Assembly (NCBI GenBank): GCA_965277285.1
Contig: OZ255721.1
Span: forward strand, 3,552,001 to 3,616,000
Reading direction: 5' to 3'
DNA length: 64,000 nt
Source of the DNA: Abditibacteriaceae bacterium
Lineage (GTDB): Bacteria > Armatimonadota > Abditibacteriia > Abditibacteriales > Abditibacteriaceae
Shown: in pieces, positions 38,845 to 49,532 of the stretch
How the letters are laid out: each line of letters opens with the position of its first letter
Position numbering within the stretch: the first letter of the stretch is position 1
Notes under the pieces: model-generated
What the model was told of the DNA's origin: nothing
What the model saw: the letters and a program-made list of their open reading frames with translations, nothing else
Databases searched by the model: none
Position numbers and translations under genes: made by a program

Positions 38845-41370
38845 TTACAAGCCTTTCAAGCGTTGCAATTGGCGGCGCACTTTGCTTTCTAACCCCGTCG
38901 GAAGTTGCTCGATTGTCTCCATTTCAGTACTCGATTCGCGTTCGCCGCGCGGAATGTAAGGCTCCAAACCCAGCATTTCGTGTAAGACAACGAGCGCCGC
39001 TTCCTTGTCGGGAATGCGTTCGTGCGATTGTCCGTCCGCGTCGTAATAGGTGTAAGTTTTTCGTCCTGAACCGACGCACGAAGGGCAACCATCGTCACAT
39101 TCGCAGGTCGCAATCATTTCGTGGGCGGCGGCGAAAATGCTTTCGACCAAATCAAAGCCGCGTTGTGCCAAACCTAAACCGCCTGGATATTTGTCGTACA
39201 AAAACAGCGCAGGCGTTCCCAATTGCGTCGAATCGACAACCGAACCGATGTCATTCGCGTCGCACATCACGCGCAAAGGCATCACGCCAACCGCCGCGTT
39301 CGAGATGCCTAAAAGTCCTTCAACGGGCACGCGTCCCATTTCTCTCAATTTTCGCAAAGCGTCCGGCGGCGGCACGATCCACAGCGCGTTGGTATCCAAA
39401 GTTTGCGGCGGCAAATCGAGTTGGCCGTAACCTAAAGTATCGAGCGAGCCAAACTTGATTTTCTTATAGCTCGCAATGGTAATTGTGACGCCGACTTGCC
39501 CAAAACCGATATTCGAATCGCGCCAGGTTTTTTCTTCGTCGGCTTCTTCGATGCGAATGTTAGCTTCGCTCATGGTTTGCGTCCAGTAATCGGCGTCGTG
39601 GCGGCGCGCGAACGCAGTTTGAGTACTCAATTCCAGTTTTTCGATGTGATAGGTTTCGGCTTCGTGCAAATAAATCGCGCCGGTATGAACAGTTTGAAAC
39701 GCGGTCGTTTCATCCACTGTACCGATGATTTTCTTGCGTTCGGCGTCGACAATCGAATAGGTATTTTCGCCGATATTGCGCAGCGAAACGTCGCGCGAAG
39801 GAATGCCCGCGCTCGCCCAAAACCACGACTTTCCAGCGCGACGCAGTTGCTTTTCTTCTTCCAAAAGCTGCAAGAGTGCGGGCGCATACTGCGACATTTT
39901 ACGCGCCTCATCCAGCGGAAACGGCAGTTCGGCGCAGGCGCAACGCAGATGTTTCGCCAGAATATATGCGTTGTCGGCGTCGAGAACGGCGTGTTCGGGC
40001 GATTGTCCGAAAAGATACTCGGGATGGTGCATCAAATATTGATCAATCGGCCCGTCGCCCGCGACCAGAATCGCCAAACTGCTGCTTTGCGAACGTCCGG
40101 CGCGACCAGCGCGCTGCCACGTCGAAGCGATGCTACCCGGATAACCGACCATCAAACACGCATCCAAACTGCCGACATCAATACCCAATTCCAGTGCGCT
40201 CGTCGCAATCACACCCAAAAGTTCGCCATTGAAGAGTTGACTTTCGATTTCGCGTCGCTCGCTGGCCAAATATCCGGCGCGATAAGCGCGCACTTTTTCC
40301 AGTAGTTGCGGAGCGCGCCGTGCCAGTTCATCTTGCGTGTAGCGCAGCAACAATTCCGCGACAACGCGCGCTCGCACAAACGCAATCGTCGGCGCGCCAT
40401 GGCGCATCAAAGACGTTAAAAGGTGTTGCGCTTCGCTGTTTGCCGAGCGGCGCAAGCCAAGCGACGAACCTTGAGCCACAGGCGATGAGTCGGCTCTTCG
40501 AGTACTCGAACGCTCATCCCTCGTCCCTTTTTCCTCATCCCTGAGAATCGGTGGATTCCACAACACGAACTGCTTTGCGCCGCGCGGCGCGCCATCGTCG
40601 TTAATAACTCCAAACGGAACGTTGCACAACTTTTCGCACAATTCCTGCGGATTTGCAATCGTCGCGGATGCGCAAATGAATTGCGGAGAACTTCCATAAT
40701 GCGCGCAAATGCGATTCAGGCGGCGCAAAACGTTGGCGACGTTCGAGCCGAAAATGCCGCGATAAGTGTGAACTTCGTCAATCACGACGAAGCGCAATTG
40801 CTCGAAGAAATGCGCCCAACGCGCGTGCGTCGGCAAGATTCCGGCGTGCAACATATCGGGATTGGTCAAAATCATGTCGGCGCGGTCGCGTAGAGCAGAT
40901 CGAGTACTCGATGGCGTGTCGCCGTCGTAAGTCCCGCATTTGAAACCCATGTCGCCCGCTTCCTGTAAGCGCAAAAGTCCGCGCAACTGGTCTTGCGCAA
41001 GCGCTTTAGTCGGATAAAGGTAAAGGGCTTTGGCACCAATTTCTTCCAGGCGACGTTCCAGAATTGGCAAATGGTAGCACAAGGTTTTGCCGCTGGCGGT
41101 CGAGGTCACCACGACAAAAGATTTTCCATCGCGCGCCATTTCGACAGCAGCCGCTTGATGCGTAAAAAGTTTTTCGATGCCCAGATTTTGCAGCGCTTGA
41201 TTTAGGGCAGATGGCAAAGGCGACGAGAGTTCGCCGAAGCGCGCGTCCTGCGCCGGAAGATGCGCGATGTGCGCGATCTGGTTGCGATAATGCAGGCTGC
41301 TGGTGATGTCGTCGAGAAATTGCGCGGCATCGAACAAAGCAGTCGAAGGGAAAGGAGGGCGTTTCGTCAC
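38845..41370 (-). CDS. DEAD/DEAH-box helicase with DUF1998 (YprA/MrfA/Hrq1-like)
   Basis: TASGKT, YPTKALAQDQ, DEVH, SATIANP, ALELGIDVG, QRAGRAGR and CECDDGCPSC motifs. Confidence 0.92.
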   Translation of the reverse strand: MTKRPPFPSTALFDAAQFLDDITSSLHYRNQIAHIAHLPAQDARFGELSSPLPSALNQALQNLGIEKLFTHQAAAVEMARDGKSFVVVTSTASGKTLCYHLPILERRLEEIGAKALYLYPTKALAQDQLRGLLRLQEAGDMGFKCGTYDGDTPSSTRSALRDRADMILTNPDMLHAGILPTHARWAHFFEQLRFVVIDEVHTYRGIFGSNVANVLRRLNRICAHYGSSPQFICASATIANPQELCEKLCNVPFGVINDDGAPRGAKQFVLWNPPILRDEEKGTRDERSSTRRADSSPVAQGSSLGLRRSANSEAQHLLTSLMRHGAPTIAFVRARVVAELLLRYTQDELARRAPQLLEKVRAYRAGYLASERREIESQLFNGELLGVIATSALELGIDVGSLDACLMVGYPGSIASTWQRAGRAGRSQSSSLAILVAGDGPIDQYLMHHPEYLFGQSPEHAVLDADNAYILAKHLRCACAELPFPLDEARKMSQYAPALLQLLEEEKQLRRAGKSWFWASAGIPSRDVSLRNIGENTYSIVDAERKKIIGTVDETTAFQTVHTGAIYLHEAETYHIEKLELSTQTAFARRHDADYWTQTMSEANIRIEEADEEKTWRDSNIGFGQVGVTITIASYKKIKFGSLDTLGYGQLDLPPQTLDTNALWIVPPPDALRKLREMGRVPVEGLLGISNAAVGVMPLRVMCDANDIGSVVDSTQLGTPALFLYDKYPGGLGLAQRGFDLVESIFAAAHEMIATCECDDGCPSCVGSGRKTYTYYDADGQSHERIPDKEAALVVLHEMLGLEPYIPRGERESSTEMETIEQLPTGLESKVRRQLQRLKGL

Positions 41371-41427
41371 ACTTGAAGTTTATCAAGTGCAGCGTTTTGT
41401 TATCTCGCTGTTGGTGATGTCGATGAC

Positions 41428-42006
41428 TCACTCAGGGCGGTCACTCCGCAAAATCGCAGCGATTACAGAATCGTCCCACACACCATTTCGCAATGAATGC
41501 TGCCGTAGAATACCTTCTTGCTGAAAGCCAGCCTTTTCTAACATTCTAAGTGAGGGAAGGTTTGAAACCGAAGTAACGGCATAAATACGATGCAAGTTAA
41601 TTGATTCAAACCCAAATTTGACAACTTCTGTAACTGCTTCCGACATCAATCCCTTACATTGATGCTCCGCTCCAAGCCAATATCCGATTTCGGCTTTGGA
41701 TTGATTGGAAAAGTCGAACAACTCGCAGGTTCCAATGAGCGCCTTATCACTCTTGAGGCAAATGCCCCATCTGAGGCGTGACTTCTTCTTCCACGCATTG
41801 TTCGCAAAACCAATCCAACTTCGTGCCTTTTCTACTGACTCCATTTCGCCACCAAATGACCATGCTGCTCCCGACGCTCCCGACAGAGCCTGCGCCGTCA
41901 TCTGTTGGTGGTGATAAGCCTCTGCATCTTCTGGCGTGAGCTGCCTCAGGATAAGGCGCTCTGTATTCAAAATGGGAAAAATCTTGAAAGCATCTGTGAA
42001 GGCCAT
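41428..42006 (-). CDS. GNAT acetyltransferase (RimJ/RimL-like)
   Basis: LNTERLILR, AEIGYWL, KGLMSEA and N..S.RMLEKAGFQQEG. Confidence 0.88.
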   Translation of the reverse strand: MAFTDAFKIFPILNTERLILRQLTPEDAEAYHHQQMTAQALSGASGAAWSFGGEMESVEKARSWIGFANNAWKKKSRLRWGICLKSDKALIGTCELFDFSNQSKAEIGYWLGAEHQCKGLMSEAVTEVVKFGFESINLHRIYAVTSVSNLPSLRMLEKAGFQQEGILRQHSLRNGVWDDSVIAAILRSDRPE

Positions 42007-42167
42007 AATGTTTTCTATTATAACTGCCTGTATGTATCGCACGCGACCACGCCGCGTGCAGCGAGATAACAAGTGCAATCGAGTACTCGAAACGCCGCCA
42101 GACACGAAAAAGCAGCGACCTCGTGGGAGATCGCTACTTTTTCGACGATGATTGAACTACGAATGTG

Positions 42168-42980
42168 TTACGGAGTTGGCGTTGTGGTGGCTGCGGCGGC
42201 GGTGGTGCTGTCGGTTTCGCCGTGGCTGCCGAACGCATAGCCAAGCTGCACAAAGAGGCGGCTCTTGCTGTCAAAGATGACAGGACGGCGCTGGATGCCA
42301 ATCGTGGCCGAAAAGCCGTTGTCTACGCCATGATAGCGCAAACCTGCCGAATAGGGCGCTTGAGCGCTACCTTTGACAACTTTAGACTGCAATTCGCCGA
42401 CGAAAGAAAAGTCGCCCTTCGAGGTGAACGGAACTTCAACGCCGCCGTACACCGACGTCTTGTTGCTTGTGGCATCAAAGATCTTAAAGCGGTCGTAGCG
42501 CACGCCCAAGTGTCCAATGATGGGAGCGCGATCGCCCGAGCTGTTGAACGCCTTGGAGGCGACGCCGTAAACATACGTGTTGTTGATGGAGGCGCGGCTG
42601 TAGCCGACGCCCGCCGCAAACTGCACGTTTGACGGATCGCTGTTGTGGGTGAACAAATACTTGGCGCCAAGGGCGATTCCGCTGCGGTTCACATCGCTGG
42701 CATCCGTATCCAACTTCTCGATACCGCCGTTGATTTCAAAACCGTCCGCGACCTGGGCAGCCGCATACAATCCGTATTGCTTCGCCTTGAAACCGCTTTG
42801 ACCCAGGTCAAAATAGTTGGCTTGCACTTGCACCGCGTCTTTGGCCGGAATTTGCGCGGTTGGGTTCAGCGGCAGACCAACGGCACCACTGATCGTGAGG
42901 TCGGCTTTAGCGACCGAAGCCGATGCGACAACTGCGGCCAAAACGACCGCGCCCTGCAACGTTCTTTGTAACGTCTTCAT
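42168..42980 (-). CDS. Secreted beta-rich protein, probable outer-membrane beta-barrel
   Basis: Signal peptide; alternating amphipathic strands ending in aromatic residues; GAGGAGG SD. Confidence 0.65.
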   Translation of the reverse strand: MKTLQRTLQGAVVLAAVVASASVAKADLTISGAVGLPLNPTAQIPAKDAVQVQANYFDLGQSGFKAKQYGLYAAAQVADGFEINGGIEKLDTDASDVNRSGIALGAKYLFTHNSDPSNVQFAAGVGYSRASINNTYVYGVASKAFNSSGDRAPIIGHLGVRYDRFKIFDATSNKTSVYGGVEVPFTSKGDFSFVGELQSKVVKGSAQAPYSAGLRYHGVDNGFSATIGIQRRPVIFDSKSRLFVQLGYAFGSHGETDSTTAAAATTTPTP

Positions 42981-43190
42981 GATGCTCCTCCTCAGGAGAC
43001 AAAATTTGACCATGACATTGCCGCGTCGCGTGTCGAAAATCGTTGCAAAGAGAAAAGAACGAGTACTCGAAATAACCTGTCGAACTCCAGTGGCCATGTT
43101 TCCTGGTTCAACGTATGGCTTTTCCAGAACGCGCGGTTTCTCGCCGCCGCAACTTCTTACACGAGCAAAACAACATCGGGATCGTGCCCC

Positions 43191-43219
43191 ATTATGCATG
43201 TTTTTGAAGGTTTTGTCAA
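43191..43219 (-). promoter_or_regulatory. Sigma70-type promoter with ~200-nt 5' UTR
   Basis: Minus strand TTGACA-17 bp-CATAAT. Confidence 0.6.
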
Positions 43220-43324
43220 ATCCCCATAGAAAATAACCGCTGGACAGCTTTATTGAGTACTCGAAGACGCGAAAAAGCGGCCAGATTTCCCCTCTGGCCG
43301 CTTTTCTCGTTCAATCAGAATAAT

Positions 43325-46300
43325 TTACGCGGATGGCGCAGCTATTTTCGCCGTGACACTGTTACCTGCTGCGTCGCGGGCGCGAATCTCGATTTGCATA
43401 CCAGCACCGAACTTGGTGCGCGCCGCACTCAAATCGCTCTCGTCGATGTTGGCGATAACGGTTTCGCGGCGAGAATCGAACAATCCATCGCTGGAAGACA
43501 TAGCGCGCCAATCGTCGCTGGGCGAAGTCGCCGTTGCTATCGCGGTGTCACCTTTGGCGGGAACCAGCGTGATCGGCGCCGTCGATTTCGCCGTTGAAGT
43601 TTTCGCGGCACTTGCCGTGCTCGATGATGGTGTTGGCTGCGGCGTTGCGCTCGATGTTGCGCTTGAAGTAGCTGTTGTTTTTGGTTTATCTGCGCCGACG
43701 AAATGCCATTCCGCGCCAGAGATCGGCGAAGTCGCATCTGTCACAATCGCCGTGATTTGTCGCATCGAAGCCGCGTTCATCCCAACGCCGACAGCCGTCA
43801 ATTGCGGCGGCGTGTTGTCGATGGTGAACGGCGCGCTGATTTCCTCATCGGTTTGCGGGTCGTCGGGATTAGACAAAATATCGCTGACATCGACTTTGAC
43901 ACGATACGTTCCGTCGGCGAATTTGGTCGTGTCCAGATCGTAACCCGCTATGGTTGGCGTTTTCAAGTCAATCACTTTCCACGTTGCGCCATCGTCGCTG
44001 GAAATGGAGATCGTGTAGCGCAAGCGGTCGTTGTCGGCGTCCTGACCGATCCACGTCAAATGCTTGGTGGCGCGCCAGTATTCGCCGCCCAAAGGCGCTG
44101 TCCAGGCCGCTTGCGGCGGCGTGTTCTTGGCGCGATAGGAAACTTCGATGCGCGACAATTGCGGCTGTTTCACCACGTTTCCAGTACTCGATGCGCTCAA
44201 CGTCGCGCGATATTGCAGATAGCGCGCAGTCGGCGAGGCAACGCGCAATTCTCCCAGATCGTTGCTGGTCGCGCTCTGCCAACCGCTCCAACTGGCGTCC
44301 GGGTCGAGCGTGTTGCCGCTGCGCGTTTGCACGCCGACGCCGCTGCCGATGACGCGAATCGCGCCCCATCGCACGATGTTTTTAGCGTCGAAAACGTTCG
44401 ATGTATAAATGCCGCTGTTGATGGAGGACAGCGCCGCGCTATAAAGCGCCGCATTGTTGCCGGTGCCGATCAGCAAGTCGCCGCCGGGCGCAATCGCCAT
44501 CGACAACGCTTGCGTTTGCACCGGTTCCAGAAGTCGCGCGCCGGTCGTGTCATTGGGATTCGCATTCGTGCGGAATTGATACACGATGCCTTTTTCGCCG
44601 GTGCCCGCCAGAAGCGAACCATCGGGCGCGACTTGCAGCGAGTAGATGCTGGTTTGCGGCGTTGGATAAACTGCCGAGACGCCGCTTTCTGTCCAGCGAT
44701 AAAGCGTGCCGCTGGAGGCCGTTCCAAAGTAAACGCCGTCCGGCATCGCGGCGACTGCGAGGATTTCGGTTCCGCTCGCTGTTGTAGATGGAACTGAAGC
44801 GGCACTGGTCGCGGCTGCGGCAACCGACGCGTTGCTCGCGCCGCTTGCATCCGTCGCGGCTGCGGTCGCCAATTGCGCCAAATCGGGCGAAAGCTGGCCG
44901 CTCGCCGTCACTTCGTAAAGCGCCGTCGTTTTGCCGCTCGTGCCATCGACACGATAAAGCACGCCATCGTCGCTGGTGCCGATAAAGATGTCGTTGCCAC
45001 GTGTCGCAATCGCGCGGATGTGCTTTTGCGGCACGGTTGCCAAAACTGTTCGCGATAAAGAGACAAGTTTCGTTATTGGTTCATGGCCAGCAAATGTAAG
45101 CGTAGACAAAAGGATATCAAGGCGATACAACTTGCCTTTCTCGCCGCCAGTGGCGACAAGCAAGTGACCCTGGTTATCGAACTTCAAAGCCCAGACAAAC
45201 GTGTCGCCAGAATTAAAGACCATAACTGGCGCGCCGCCAACCGCTGCGAAACGCAATACTTTTCCGCCTGGCGAAACGCCCGCGTAAAGATTGCCCGCGC
45301 TATCGGTCGCCATTGCTGTGACCGCGACTTCTTTGCCGTTGTAGATGATTTGCTTGGTGCCATCGGGCGCGATTTTGTAGATGCGCGCGTTGTTGCCGGT
45401 TCCCAGATAGGTGTTGCCATGCGCGTCGCCGGCCACGCTCCACGCGAACGGTTCGGCTGTCGTCGCCAGTTGGCGCACGCGCGCCGACAATTGAACAGTG
45501 CCTTCGCTCGTTACTTGAGCGCCGCTGAAATCGCCGCGCGTAAATTCCATTGCCGAGTTTTGAACCCAGCTCGAAGACGGGCGACCCAAGTTCGTTCCGT
45601 TGTCAGTTACCGGCGTTGGCGAAGGCGTCGCGCCTGGTGTTGCGGTGGGCGTCGGAATCGGCGTAGGAGTTGTTGTGGGCGTCGTCGGAACAGCGGGCGT
45701 TGGGCGCGTCAATTCTCCGGCGGACGGCGTGATCGGGTTTTTCGGCTTGGGCGCGTTCGGGTCGGCGGGCGCTTGAACACGTCGCGTATCGGGAATCGAG
45801 TACTCGATTGGCGAAAAACCGCCGCTGAAACTTTTGCGCCCCAAGCCGCGTGTCAGCGCGTTTTCAAAGGCGCGAAAACCGTGCGAAGTCGAAGCATCCG
45901 ATTGCGGAACGTCGTTTTGTGCGCCGAAGATTTGCGGCGAAAAGGCGCGGATGCCGCTGCTTGTCGCGTCGGTTGCGCTATCGGATGCATCGCCGGTGCT
46001 GGCGGAAGTGGCGCTCGAAGTCGAGGTGGAAATGCTGCCCGCAGCGGACGCATCGCCCGAACTTGTCACGGTTGCACCACTCGCATCGGGCGCGACTTCA
46101 TCGCTGTGACGCGCGCTTTCGACTGGAATCGCCAGAAACTGATTGCCGCTGAGGGAATAATCAATAGCGGCGGTTTGTGTTTGTGTATCGTTGTAGGCGG
46201 CAACCGAAGACGACGACGATTGGCGCAGCAGGCGCGACCACGACGCGGGCGGGTTCGGCACGCGCGTGCGATCCACCAAAAGAAAAGTGCCTGGCGTCGA

Positions 46301-48202
46301 GGCTTGCACCATCAATTGGTTTGCTGGCCCGATTTTGGCGTAAGCGTCGATCAGTTCGCGCAGACTTTGCGGGTCGGGCGGCGCATTGCCGACGCGCGTC
46401 GCCAAAGCCCAATAATCGCCGGACGTGCCCGCCGCGATGCGCAAAATGCCGGTCGGCGCATCGGCAGGAACCGCGAAGGCGAAAGTTTTGGTGAAGGTTT
46501 GGCCGGGCGTTGTCGTCGGCTCGATTTCGACCGTGACGTGAACGGTTTGTCCGGCTTTGATTTTGTTGCGATCGGCGAAAATGCTCTTGATGCGCGCCGT
46601 TTTGCGGACTGGCGTCACGTTTACATCGACGTTCACGGCTTCAATGGCGCCGCGCGCGAACGTGTTGGTTTGCGTCACTTGAAGCGCTTCGTTCAAGTCG
46701 TTGAGCGAAACCGAAACGATGTCGGTCGGCGCATAAAGAAAATTGCGGCGCACGACATCGGGCTGGCCTTTGAGCTTCATGCGCAGCGACAAAGTCACCA
46801 TTTTGTCGGAATCTTTGCCCAGCGTCGTATCGATCATTTCCGAGGCGCTGCTTTGAATCAGCGTCGGCGTGAAGGCCGGGTCTTTCATCACTTGAACGTG
46901 ATAGGTTTTGAAAATCTGGCGCGAAGGGTTGCGAATCGTGACCGTCATCGGAACCGTATCGGCTTTGGCGCCGACCGTGCCGCCAATCGCAAAATTGGTG
47001 TCCTGCTGAATCGCGCCCATCGTTTGCACCGGCGACGCCAGTTTGAAACTGCTTTGATAAGACGGAAAAATATCGTGAATATATGCGCTCGTCATCGGCA
47101 GCGACGTATTGCCCAAACCCAGCATCGGATGGCCAAAGGCGAGTACGCGATTGCCGATGCGATACGTGATGGTGCCAACGCCCGTCATGTCCATGTCGCC
47201 GGAAACCATCTGCGCACCGATCGCGCCGCCCGGAATAAACGCTGGAGTGACGCCGGTTTTCTTGGACGACATATTGAAAACCTGCGACGACAAACCGCCG
47301 CCCATCGCGGTTCCGCCGCCCGCAATCGGTTCCAATCCGTATGGCTCGAGGGTTTTTTGCAGGCGCGCGAGGGAACTGGCCGAAACACCCGAAACCTGCA
47401 ACAGCATCGTGGCGGGGCGCATCGTCATCGTCGAATGGCGCACATCGCCCGACAACGCCAGGCGCGTGCGGTCGCGCGACACGACGACTTGCGCGATGTT
47501 GCGTCCGGCGATTTTCAACGGTTGCAAAGGTCGCAAAACCTGCGTGTTTTCCAGGCTGATCGGGTTGGCAGTCGCGTTTCGAGTACTCGATTGCGCATTC
47601 GAGGTGCCTTTGGTTCCCGTCGAGGTTTTGGCGTTGCCGGTTGCGGGTTTGGTGGCGCCCGAGGCGGAAACTGTTTTGGCCTGAGTCGGGTCGGGCAGCG
47701 TGGTCGCAATCATGTCGGTGATGGGCGTGATGCCGCCGATGGCTTCTTTGGGAAAGCCGAAACCGATGGAAATGGCGCCCAGCAATTTGCCGTTGATGTA
47801 AACCGGCGAACCGCTCATTCCTGCAACGATGCTGCTCTGGCGCTTAATAACGGTGCCGCCGGTGACGCGAAACAAGACGAAATCGCCGCCGCCGTTGACG
47901 CTTTCCAGCACGCCGATAATTTCAATCGGGAACTTTTCAATGGTGACGCCTTGAAAAACGCTCAAGCCGTAGCCGACCATGCCGCGTTTCACGTCGCGCG
48001 CGCGCATGATTTTGCCCTCGCGCAACAATTGCTGCACGAGCGCTTGCGCTTGTGGCGATTTGGTCGCGGGAACTTGGACGGCAGGCCGGGTTTGCGAAAA
48101 TGCGGGTAACAGAAAAGGAGAAAACAGCGAGGCGGTCAGAATTGGCGCAGTCAAAAACGGCGCAGTGATTCGCGGATGGCGAACCGAAAAAGAACGACGC
48201 AT
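43325..48202 (-). CDS. SpoIVB peptidase S55-domain protein fused to beta-propeller and Ig/FN3-like modules
   Basis: GMSGSPVYINGKLLGAI and AFGHP S55 motifs; repeated GNxYxGT propeller units; TRSGNT..PD..WS.W; signal peptide. Confidence 0.85.
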   Translation of the reverse strand: MRRSFSVRHPRITAPFLTAPILTASLFSPFLLPAFSQTRPAVQVPATKSPQAQALVQQLLREGKIMRARDVKRGMVGYGLSVFQGVTIEKFPIEIIGVLESVNGGGDFVLFRVTGGTVIKRQSSIVAGMSGSPVYINGKLLGAISIGFGFPKEAIGGITPITDMIATTLPDPTQAKTVSASGATKPATGNAKTSTGTKGTSNAQSSTRNATANPISLENTQVLRPLQPLKIAGRNIAQVVVSRDRTRLALSGDVRHSTMTMRPATMLLQVSGVSASSLARLQKTLEPYGLEPIAGGGTAMGGGLSSQVFNMSSKKTGVTPAFIPGGAIGAQMVSGDMDMTGVGTITYRIGNRVLAFGHPMLGLGNTSLPMTSAYIHDIFPSYQSSFKLASPVQTMGAIQQDTNFAIGGTVGAKADTVPMTVTIRNPSRQIFKTYHVQVMKDPAFTPTLIQSSASEMIDTTLGKDSDKMVTLSLRMKLKGQPDVVRRNFLYAPTDIVSVSLNDLNEALQVTQTNTFARGAIEAVNVDVNVTPVRKTARIKSIFADRNKIKAGQTVHVTVEIEPTTTPGQTFTKTFAFAVPADAPTGILRIAAGTSGDYWALATRVGNAPPDPQSLRELIDAYAKIGPANQLMVQASTPGTFLLVDRTRVPNPPASWSRLLRQSSSSSVAAYNDTQTQTAAIDYSLSGNQFLAIPVESARHSDEVAPDASGATVTSSGDASAAGSISTSTSSATSASTGDASDSATDATSSGIRAFSPQIFGAQNDVPQSDASTSHGFRAFENALTRGLGRKSFSGGFSPIEYSIPDTRRVQAPADPNAPKPKNPITPSAGELTRPTPAVPTTPTTTPTPIPTPTATPGATPSPTPVTDNGTNLGRPSSSWVQNSAMEFTRGDFSGAQVTSEGTVQLSARVRQLATTAEPFAWSVAGDAHGNTYLGTGNNARIYKIAPDGTKQIIYNGKEVAVTAMATDSAGNLYAGVSPGGKVLRFAAVGGAPVMVFNSGDTFVWALKFDNQGHLLVATGGEKGKLYRLDILLSTLTFAGHEPITKLVSLSRTVLATVPQKHIRAIATRGNDIFIGTSDDGVLYRVDGTSGKTTALYEVTASGQLSPDLAQLATAAATDASGASNASVAAAATSAASVPSTTASGTEILAVAAMPDGVYFGTASSGTLYRWTESGVSAVYPTPQTSIYSLQVAPDGSLLAGTGEKGIVYQFRTNANPNDTTGARLLEPVQTQALSMAIAPGGDLLIGTGNNAALYSAALSSINSGIYTSNVFDAKNIVRWGAIRVIGSGVGVQTRSGNTLDPDASWSGWQSATSNDLGELRVASPTARYLQYRATLSASSTGNVVKQPQLSRIEVSYRAKNTPPQAAWTAPLGGEYWRATKHLTWIGQDADNDRLRYTISISSDDGATWKVIDLKTPTIAGYDLDTTKFADGTYRVKVDVSDILSNPDDPQTDEEISAPFTIDNTPPQLTAVGVGMNAASMRQITAIVTDATSPISGAEWHFVGADKPKTTATSSATSSATPQPTPSSSTASAAKTSTAKSTAPITLVPAKGDTAIATATSPSDDWRAMSSSDGLFDSRRETVIANIDESDLSAARTKFGAGMQIEIRARDAAGNSVTAKIAAPSA

Positions 48203-48477
48203 GAACAAAACTCCCGATAACGAGGTGAGAAACGGATAAATCAAGCGAAGGTGGAGAAGAAAATGGTATAACGCTTGGAGAAATTATATCAAAGCCCGCG
48301 CGACGCCAAAGAACCGACGACGCAACGTGTCCAAAACGATTTCCGCCCAAAGGATTACGCTTGAAGCGTCACAACGTGCCATCAAAAGCGCGCGCCTGCA
48401 AAACCGCGAACAGCGCATCCAATCGAGTACTCGATGAACCCCTCATAGTCTGCGAGTGAACTTGCGAGGCAGGATTT

Positions 48478-49416
48478 CTATGGCCAAACCTGCCACAACG
48501 CCGAACTTTTGCCTTCGCTGGTCAAAAACCACGAGCGACCATCGAGCGCGTAACCGATGCCTTCGCCTTGCGGCTGCGTCGGCAAACTCCAAACGCGCGG
48601 CGCGCTTTTCCACACGTTGCGCCAAGTGTTTTCACCTTTGGGCAACGTCCATTCATAAGCGGCGGAATAAGTACGGATGACAAAGCGCTTTTCGTCGGGG
48701 CTTAAATCGCCACCCGTCGCCAAACGCGTAAAATATCCGACGCCGCCAAATTGGAAATGCGCGACAGGAACCAAGGTTTGCGTCGCATTCGCCGCGAACT
48801 CTTGCGGCGTTTGAAAAATCGTCGAAACGCCCAGCGTTTTGGTGACAATGATTAAGGAACCATTCGCGTTGGCGATCAAAGTTTCCGCGTCATGCGCGCC
48901 GTCGGGATAACGGAGCGTCATCTTCTGCGGCGTCAAAGTGATTTGCGGCGCATTTACGTCAGTTCGAGTACTCGAAATCAGGTTTTTCGGCAGCGAACTT
49001 TCCGCGAAACGATAAACCGCGATTGAATTGCGCTTGCTGTTGTTGTCGCCGATGTCGCCGACATAAACCTGCGCGCCGTCGCCTTTCCCCGCCACGTCGA
49101 TGTCTTCGTAATCAATCGCGGTGGCGCCATCGAAATTGACGACTAAAACAGTTTGACCTTGCGGGTTCAACAGGAAAATGCGCGGCGTATCGCCCGAATC
49201 GTTGTGCGTCCACAAGAAACCTGGAAACCTACGACTGGCCGCCACGCCCGAACTTTCCGTCAATCGCGTGTCGCTCAAAGTCCCAACAATTTTTGATTGT
49301 GCAAGCGCGTGTTCGCGCACGATTGTTTGCGCTTGCAGCGGCGACGAAAAAAACGCCGCGAGCGCGCTTCCGATGAGAACGTATCTCGCGGCCAAGCATT
49401 GATTGAATACGCGCAT
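48478..49416 (-). CDS. Secreted hypothetical beta-propeller protein
   Basis: ESSG, WTHNDSG, DYEDI, GDIGDN, YPDGAHDAE, QGEGI and TSEG conserved-looking motifs. Confidence 0.75.
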   Translation of the reverse strand: MRVFNQCLAARYVLIGSALAAFFSSPLQAQTIVREHALAQSKIVGTLSDTRLTESSGVAASRRFPGFLWTHNDSGDTPRIFLLNPQGQTVLVVNFDGATAIDYEDIDVAGKGDGAQVYVGDIGDNNSKRNSIAVYRFAESSLPKNLISSTRTDVNAPQITLTPQKMTLRYPDGAHDAETLIANANGSLIIVTKTLGVSTIFQTPQEFAANATQTLVPVAHFQFGGVGYFTRLATGGDLSPDEKRFVIRTYSAAYEWTLPKGENTWRNVWKSAPRVWSLPTQPQGEGIGYALDGRSWFLTSEGKSSALWQVWP

Positions 49417-49433
49417 AAAGTGGTCGAATCAAC

Positions 49434-49523
49434 TCAAAGAACCCGAAGCGCAAGCGACGGGCTTACCTCACAGTTACATGAAACTTTCACTTAAGCCCGT
49501 CGCTTACGCTTCGGGTTCTTTGA
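49434..49523. repeat. REP-like inverted repeat (same family as 37638-37715)
   Basis: TCAAAGAACCCGAAGCGCAAGCGACGGGCTTA ... TAAGCCCGTCGCTTACGCTTCGGGTTCTTTGA. Confidence 0.8.
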
Positions 49524-49532
49524 TCGGCGAAT

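Noticed and set aside
42981..43190. Possible riboswitch in the long 5' UTR of the barrel-like gene
   Set aside because: Could not match cobalamin or c-di-GMP consensus elements convincingly; an Rfam scan would be needed
45083..48109. 1008-aa plus-strand ORF and similar long antisense ORFs (e.g. 56668-58002, 62233-63765, 21408-22637, 36348-37493)
   Set aside because: They lie opposite well-supported genes and lack recognisable motifs; typical shadows in GC-rich codon usage
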